DNA from: a virus | Lineage: Duplodnaviria; Caudoviricetes | IMG/VR virus record: IMGVR_UViG_3300037400_002947 | Coordinates: 1 to 64,000 of that record | DNA: 64,000 bases | Reading direction: 5' to 3' (one strand) | Shown: piece after piece, positions 59,619-64,000 of the stretch | Layout: the number at the start of each line of letters is the position of its first letter | Numbering within the stretch: position 1 is the first letter of the stretch | Notes under the pieces: generated by a model | What the model was told of the DNA's origin: nothing | The model's database searches: none | What the model saw: the letters and a program-made list of their open reading frames with translations, nothing else | Program-made: the position numbers and the translations under genes

Positions 59619-61172
59619 TTAATTCATGTTATCAATCTTGTCTCTTGAAGCCTCGCCGTCATCAGTAAGGCTCGAATCGTCAGACTTCGGTCTGCCAGAG
59701 GTATTATTGGAAGACGTATAACTCGAACGAAGTGGGGTAACAAACTTGTCGCCAAGCTTGAGAATCCCGTCCTCAAGATGATTTAGGCTAAGAGAATCTA
59801 ATTCAGTCAGACCACTAAGAGCCAACACAGCAAGCTTAGTAGGAAGAGAGTACTGCGCATTTTCAAGCAGTTCCTTTCTTACATCTTCTCGGTTAAGTCG
59901 TCCAACATGGTAGAAATGAATCTTACTCGGATTTGATACTTCAAATCCAACAACACGATTGAACCACCCCTCGATTTGTGGCAGAAGGTTCGAGATTGCA
60001 AATTCAGTATCAGCAAGAATCGCCGCTTTGAACGCCGTCGTTCCAGATACTTCAGCCGAATTCAAAATCTGCGCACCGCCAGAAGTGTTTAGAACAGACT
60101 TAGTTGCTTTCAACACTTTGTTGGTTTCGTTTGTTTTGTCCGAACTTGAAAAGTCAATTACTCCGAGATCTTCACTCCCAGGAACAATTGCAGCGGAAGC
60201 GTATGATGGAAGTGCTTCTTCGACCATGCGGTTAAAATACTCAACTGCAACATCCGGCGAAACTTCGTAGTCGTCCGGCACCTTCGTTCCGGTAAGCGTC
60301 TTAAGCTTCATGTAAACAAGTTTGTAAATCTCAAGCTTGTCTGCAATTGCTTGGACATCTCCAATGTCATTAAGATTAATCAAATCACAGAGTAAGCCGC
60401 TGAACGGCGGCATAATAGTTGCCCAATCGTCGTTGCGATATTTAAAGCAGGCTGCATATTCATCGGGAACGCGTTGCCATCTTGCCTTGATAGTTTTTCC
60501 CTGGCGCTCATATTCACGCCACATTGACGTGAATGGTTCGCCCCATTCTTCAAGAAGATATGCGCGCTGACCAGTAAAGTAATCCATTGAAATACTAAAC
60601 GCAAAATCGCCAGTAGGATACTGACCATATATCCGACAGTACTCAGGCGGTAGTGCCAAGAAAAACAATCCGGTTTCATCGTAATAGGCTATATTGTAGC
60701 TTACGTCTTGAATAAAACACGTTTTAATAACTTTAAGAAATTCATTCTGAATATTCCATTTGTTAATCAGCTTAACAGTGTCATTATACGATTTAAGAAT
60801 CTTATCATCACTGTCCGGATTAACGAGGTCGTAAGTAGGAATCACAGAACGAGCTTCTAGACAAAACAGAGTAGAGAAGTAGTGGATTATTCTCTGGTAT
60901 ATCTGGTTGCGATAATAAATGTACCAACTTGCATTACGAATATTATTCTCGTTTACAGATGGGTTCTGTAAAAACGTTACAATCCTATCTTTTGTGATAG
61001 AATCAATCCTTTTATTAATTGATGAAGATTTTGTAATATCTCGTAAAGCAAGAAGAGGATTGTGAGAAGCGGCGTATTTACTTAGCTGCTCCTCATGTGT
61101 TTCAATCCATTGCTGCATTTCAGCAGCGGTCATTTTCTTAGGTGCAAGAGCACCAGTGCTTTCTTGTGCCAT
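59619..61172 (-). CDS. Portal protein
   Basis: Follows the terminase; LPPEYCRI motif and C-terminal SSYTSS..GRPK. Confidence 0.8.
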   Translation of the reverse strand: MAQESTGALAPKKMTAAEMQQWIETHEEQLSKYAASHNPLLALRDITKSSSINKRIDSITKDRIVTFLQNPSVNENNIRNASWYIYYRNQIYQRIIHYFSTLFCLEARSVIPTYDLVNPDSDDKILKSYNDTVKLINKWNIQNEFLKVIKTCFIQDVSYNIAYYDETGLFFLALPPEYCRIYGQYPTGDFAFSISMDYFTGQRAYLLEEWGEPFTSMWREYERQGKTIKARWQRVPDEYAACFKYRNDDWATIMPPFSGLLCDLINLNDIGDVQAIADKLEIYKLVYMKLKTLTGTKVPDDYEVSPDVAVEYFNRMVEEALPSYASAAIVPGSEDLGVIDFSSSDKTNETNKVLKATKSVLNTSGGAQILNSAEVSGTTAFKAAILADTEFAISNLLPQIEGWFNRVVGFEVSNPSKIHFYHVGRLNREDVRKELLENAQYSLPTKLAVLALSGLTELDSLSLNHLEDGILKLGDKFVTPLRSSYTSSNNTSGRPKSDDSSLTDDGEASRDKIDNMN

Positions 61173-61184
61173 TCGCACCTCCCA

Positions 61185-63215
61185 TTATATAGTTTTTCCG
61201 CCGTATGAGCCGCGGCGAATAGTTAATTGTTGCACCAAAGACTTGGAGTTGGTCTTTGGCTTTTGATTGAGAAGAAGTTTGCGCCGCTCTTGTGCAAGGC
61301 CGTAACTGGCCATTGCCAATGTATAACTGCGGTCGTCGTGTAGAACATGCTCTTTTTCAGGAGTGAGTTCAAAGCTATCTCTACCAGAGTCGCGCTTCTT
61401 TCGAATCATGTTCACGACCTCTTCCTTCATGGCGTCTATATTTGCAAGAGCCAACTCTTCTTGCCAAGTGAGCCTAATAGTCCTTGTATTAACCGACTGG
61501 ACCTTCCCTAGCTCTTCTTTGAGCTGCTCTTCAAATTGTTCCTGATTCAGTTTCTTCTTTTTGAGTTCAGCAGAAATTCTTTCTCGCTCCTCATCAAGTA
61601 GCTTCTGATCTATATCAAAGACGGTAAGATATTGTTTGTTATCATATGTAGCCGTAAAACTAATCTTGTCCTGATTGAGCATTTCAATCATTGCTTCATA
61701 AATAATAGATTTATAACCAGATGGAGAGAGAAGTCTAACCTTATCTACTGCGTTTGGAAACCTCGAAACATATTCGGAAGAATACTCTTTATCTATGAGT
61801 CCTCTATGAACAATGCCGTCGGCAGTTTCCCAATCTTGCATCAGGTAGTCTGCAATATTGACGCCGCCTCCGCCAGAACCAGCATCAATATAGACTCCAA
61901 GAATATTGCCATAAGCATCCGCTCCACCATTGTAGTCAAGTATCATCTGCTTAAGGTATTTAATCTGGTCTGGCGTTTGCATAGGAGATTTCGTCTTCTT
62001 ACCAACGTCCATCAAATTGACACAGTTTACAATTCTGGCACGAAGATCTTCGCTGCCATCGACCTGTGTTACACTATACACCTCAAACACGGTGATTACG
62101 GAGTTATCCATGCTTCTAGCCGGATCGTATGCCAGTATAAACTTCTTATCACCAGTATCATTATATAAAAGAGGTTTTCGAGTTTCTTCGTTTCTTGTAA
62201 TAACACCGCGCTTAACAATGGCGTTGGTCCCGGCCTCAGTTGTGAATATACAATAATATTCTCTACGAGCCTTCTCAGGGTTGATTCTCATTTCTGATTC
62301 CACCTGAGACTTTTGTAGAAGAGGAGCAATCACTTCTCCGTGTAGAGTCGGATGAAACGCTTGTTCGCAGTCAATATGAAGCACGCAATAATCAGGATCT
62401 CCCTCGATTTGCTTTTTGGCGAAATCTCTATACAATTTAAAAAAGCGCATGTCCACAGAACTTGCGCTTCCTATATAAAACTTTTGGTTTGGAACATCAG
62501 TAGCGAAAGTGCGCTGTCTAATAGGATCAATTGATTTGCCAGAAGCATCTTTACCAGTACGCAGGTTTTTGTCGACGATGGCAAACGCACTGTAAACGTT
62601 CATCATCTCGTCTGAGAGATGCTGCGCCTCATCAAATATTACAGAGCCGCGCATTCCGCGCTTTTTGTCTATGTTGGAGTTCAATGTCCACGTAGCACTT
62701 CCATTATAGCAGGAATACGTAAAGCCATTTGAGCCATGACTGAAACCATCTCCGGCAGCGTTCTTTATCTCGACTTCGTCCTTGAATATTTTTCCGGTCG
62801 ACCCTTGAAACGTATCTATGTTATCATTGGCGAGTCTCTCAAGCGTCGTAAAGGTTTGCTCCGCCTGAGAGCCAGATCCGCTTGCAATATAACTCCAAAG
62901 ATTGCACCACAGCATGTCCTTGCTCATTGTCTCTAGACCTATGACTGTCGACTTGCCGTAACCACGAGCACAGCACACAAGAACATTAGGACAATTCCAG
63001 GAGCGCTGAACAATCAGAGCTTGTCCATCAAGCAACTCGATATTAAACATGATGTCAATAAAACGAATCGGATTGCACTGAAAATATCTCTGGAGATTCG
63101 CAATGCTGACTAGAGAATCAATTTTTTTACTAGACATAATATAGTCTACAGGCTTAATAAAGACTCCATAGTCATTATAGAATTCCTCATCATAAGGAAG
63201 AATTATCTGACTCAT
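61185..63215 (-). CDS. terL: Terminase large subunit
   Basis: Walker A ARGYGKST, Walker B IFDEA, REYYC, nuclease YDPAR and HDDRSY motifs. Confidence 0.9.
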   Translation of the reverse strand: MSQIILPYDEEFYNDYGVFIKPVDYIMSSKKIDSLVSIANLQRYFQCNPIRFIDIMFNIELLDGQALIVQRSWNCPNVLVCCARGYGKSTVIGLETMSKDMLWCNLWSYIASGSGSQAEQTFTTLERLANDNIDTFQGSTGKIFKDEVEIKNAAGDGFSHGSNGFTYSCYNGSATWTLNSNIDKKRGMRGSVIFDEAQHLSDEMMNVYSAFAIVDKNLRTGKDASGKSIDPIRQRTFATDVPNQKFYIGSASSVDMRFFKLYRDFAKKQIEGDPDYCVLHIDCEQAFHPTLHGEVIAPLLQKSQVESEMRINPEKARREYYCIFTTEAGTNAIVKRGVITRNEETRKPLLYNDTGDKKFILAYDPARSMDNSVITVFEVYSVTQVDGSEDLRARIVNCVNLMDVGKKTKSPMQTPDQIKYLKQMILDYNGGADAYGNILGVYIDAGSGGGGVNIADYLMQDWETADGIVHRGLIDKEYSSEYVSRFPNAVDKVRLLSPSGYKSIIYEAMIEMLNQDKISFTATYDNKQYLTVFDIDQKLLDEERERISAELKKKKLNQEQFEEQLKEELGKVQSVNTRTIRLTWQEELALANIDAMKEEVVNMIRKKRDSGRDSFELTPEKEHVLHDDRSYTLAMASYGLAQERRKLLLNQKPKTNSKSLVQQLTIRRGSYGGKTI

Positions 63216-63999
63216 AGTCATTCTCCTCCTCGCCAGTAAATTCTATATCTCCGCTAAATACGGAATACAAGTCTCTAAGATTCTTAAGACTACCTTTTGG
63301 TTTGATTCCCTTTTCATCAAGATAGTCTTTAAGGTCAAGATTTTCTTTAAGTAGAATACGATTGATCTCTTTATAACTATCCTTCTCTTTGCGTAACCGC
63401 TGATTGGTCTCGCGCATGTTCGCAACAATGTCAGACCATTCCGATTCGTCAAGGGCAAGCTGTTTCATAATGGATGCGTCGCTGATTTCCTGCACCTGCT
63501 GCATTCCTTTGCAAGTAGCAACATCAAACCCATTCATCTCGCCTTCGCGAAGATTCAGATCTTTAATACGTTTAATTTTTCCAGTCCAGGTGTTCTCGCC
63601 TTTAACCTGACGTTTACTATTTTTTAAGCTTAGACAACTTTCCGCCGCAAGATTAGTAATCATACTTGTGATTTTCTGTTTAGAATCTTGCAGAGACTTG
63701 ATGGTAGCAGAGTTGTCCTGCACCTCGTTTATATTCCCCATCAGTTTTGCCATCGTATCATCAATTTTCTGAAGCTGTAAAAAACCTCTGACAATCTGAA
63801 TAGCAGAAGAGACGCGCATCATATCATCGTTGGCGTCTTCAGAAGCGTCCAGCATTCCAAGAAGCTGAGAGTATAAGAATGGCTGATCGCTGACTGGCTC
63901 TTTTTCAAACGGGTCATAGTCAAGCAGACGAATAACGTCTTCTTTATTCTTTATATAACTATCATACGTATCCATTCCGGCGTGTTCTTCGACTATCTC
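63190..63999 (-). CDS. Protein upstream of the terminase (possibly terminase-associated); 5' end outside the window
   Basis: Frame is open to the window edge; helical; overlaps the terL start. Confidence 0.65.
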   Translation of the reverse strand, partial: EIVEEHAGMDTYDSYIKNKEDVIRLLDYDPFEKEPVSDQPFLYSQLLGMLDASEDANDDMMRVSSAIQIVRGFLQLQKIDDTMAKLMGNINEVQDNSATIKSLQDSKQKITSMITNLAAESCLSLKNSKRQVKGENTWTGKIKRIKDLNLREGEMNGFDVATCKGMQQVQEISDASIMKQLALDESEWSDIVANMRETNQRLRKEKDSYKEINRILLKENLDLKDYLDEKGIKPKGSLKNLRDLYSVFSGDIEFTGEEENDYESDNSSL

Positions 64000-64000
64000 C

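Noticed and set aside
61185-63215. Intein or intron in the terminase
   Set aside because: The ORF is continuous with all motifs present and no intein C...HN signature was seen.

Overview
This window is about 64 kb of a large temperate siphovirus with SPbeta-like gene order, probably infecting a Firmicutes/Clostridia host. The attP site is intact, so the sequence represents the excised or free form. The + strand (1-8140) carries an orphan tnpB, nucleotide-metabolism genes (NDT-like; class II RNR nrdJ split by a group I intron with a GIY-YIG endonuclease), xis, attP (3' half of tRNA-Cys) and a tyrosine integrase. The - strand (64000 to 8141) is the late region: terminase, portal, protease/scaffold, capsid, neck and tail genes, tRNA-Ser, a ~4008-aa tape measure protein, tail tip and fibre genes, and a lysis cassette. 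After the lysis genes comes a cluster of paralogous Ser/Thr-rich fibre genes with a BspA-type LRR adhesin and a GT2 glycosyltransferase. Main highlights: (1) the tape measure N-terminus appears to carry ADP-ribosyltransferase-like and kinase-like domains; (2) there are four group I introns with inferred exact splice junctions, three of them in virion genes (neck, major tail, tape measure); (3) tnpB lacks a visible left end and its guide is the start of the next phage gene, suggesting RNA-guided homing; (4) the fibre plus glycosyltransferase cassette suggests virion glycosylation. All calls come from reading motifs by eye; no database searches were run.
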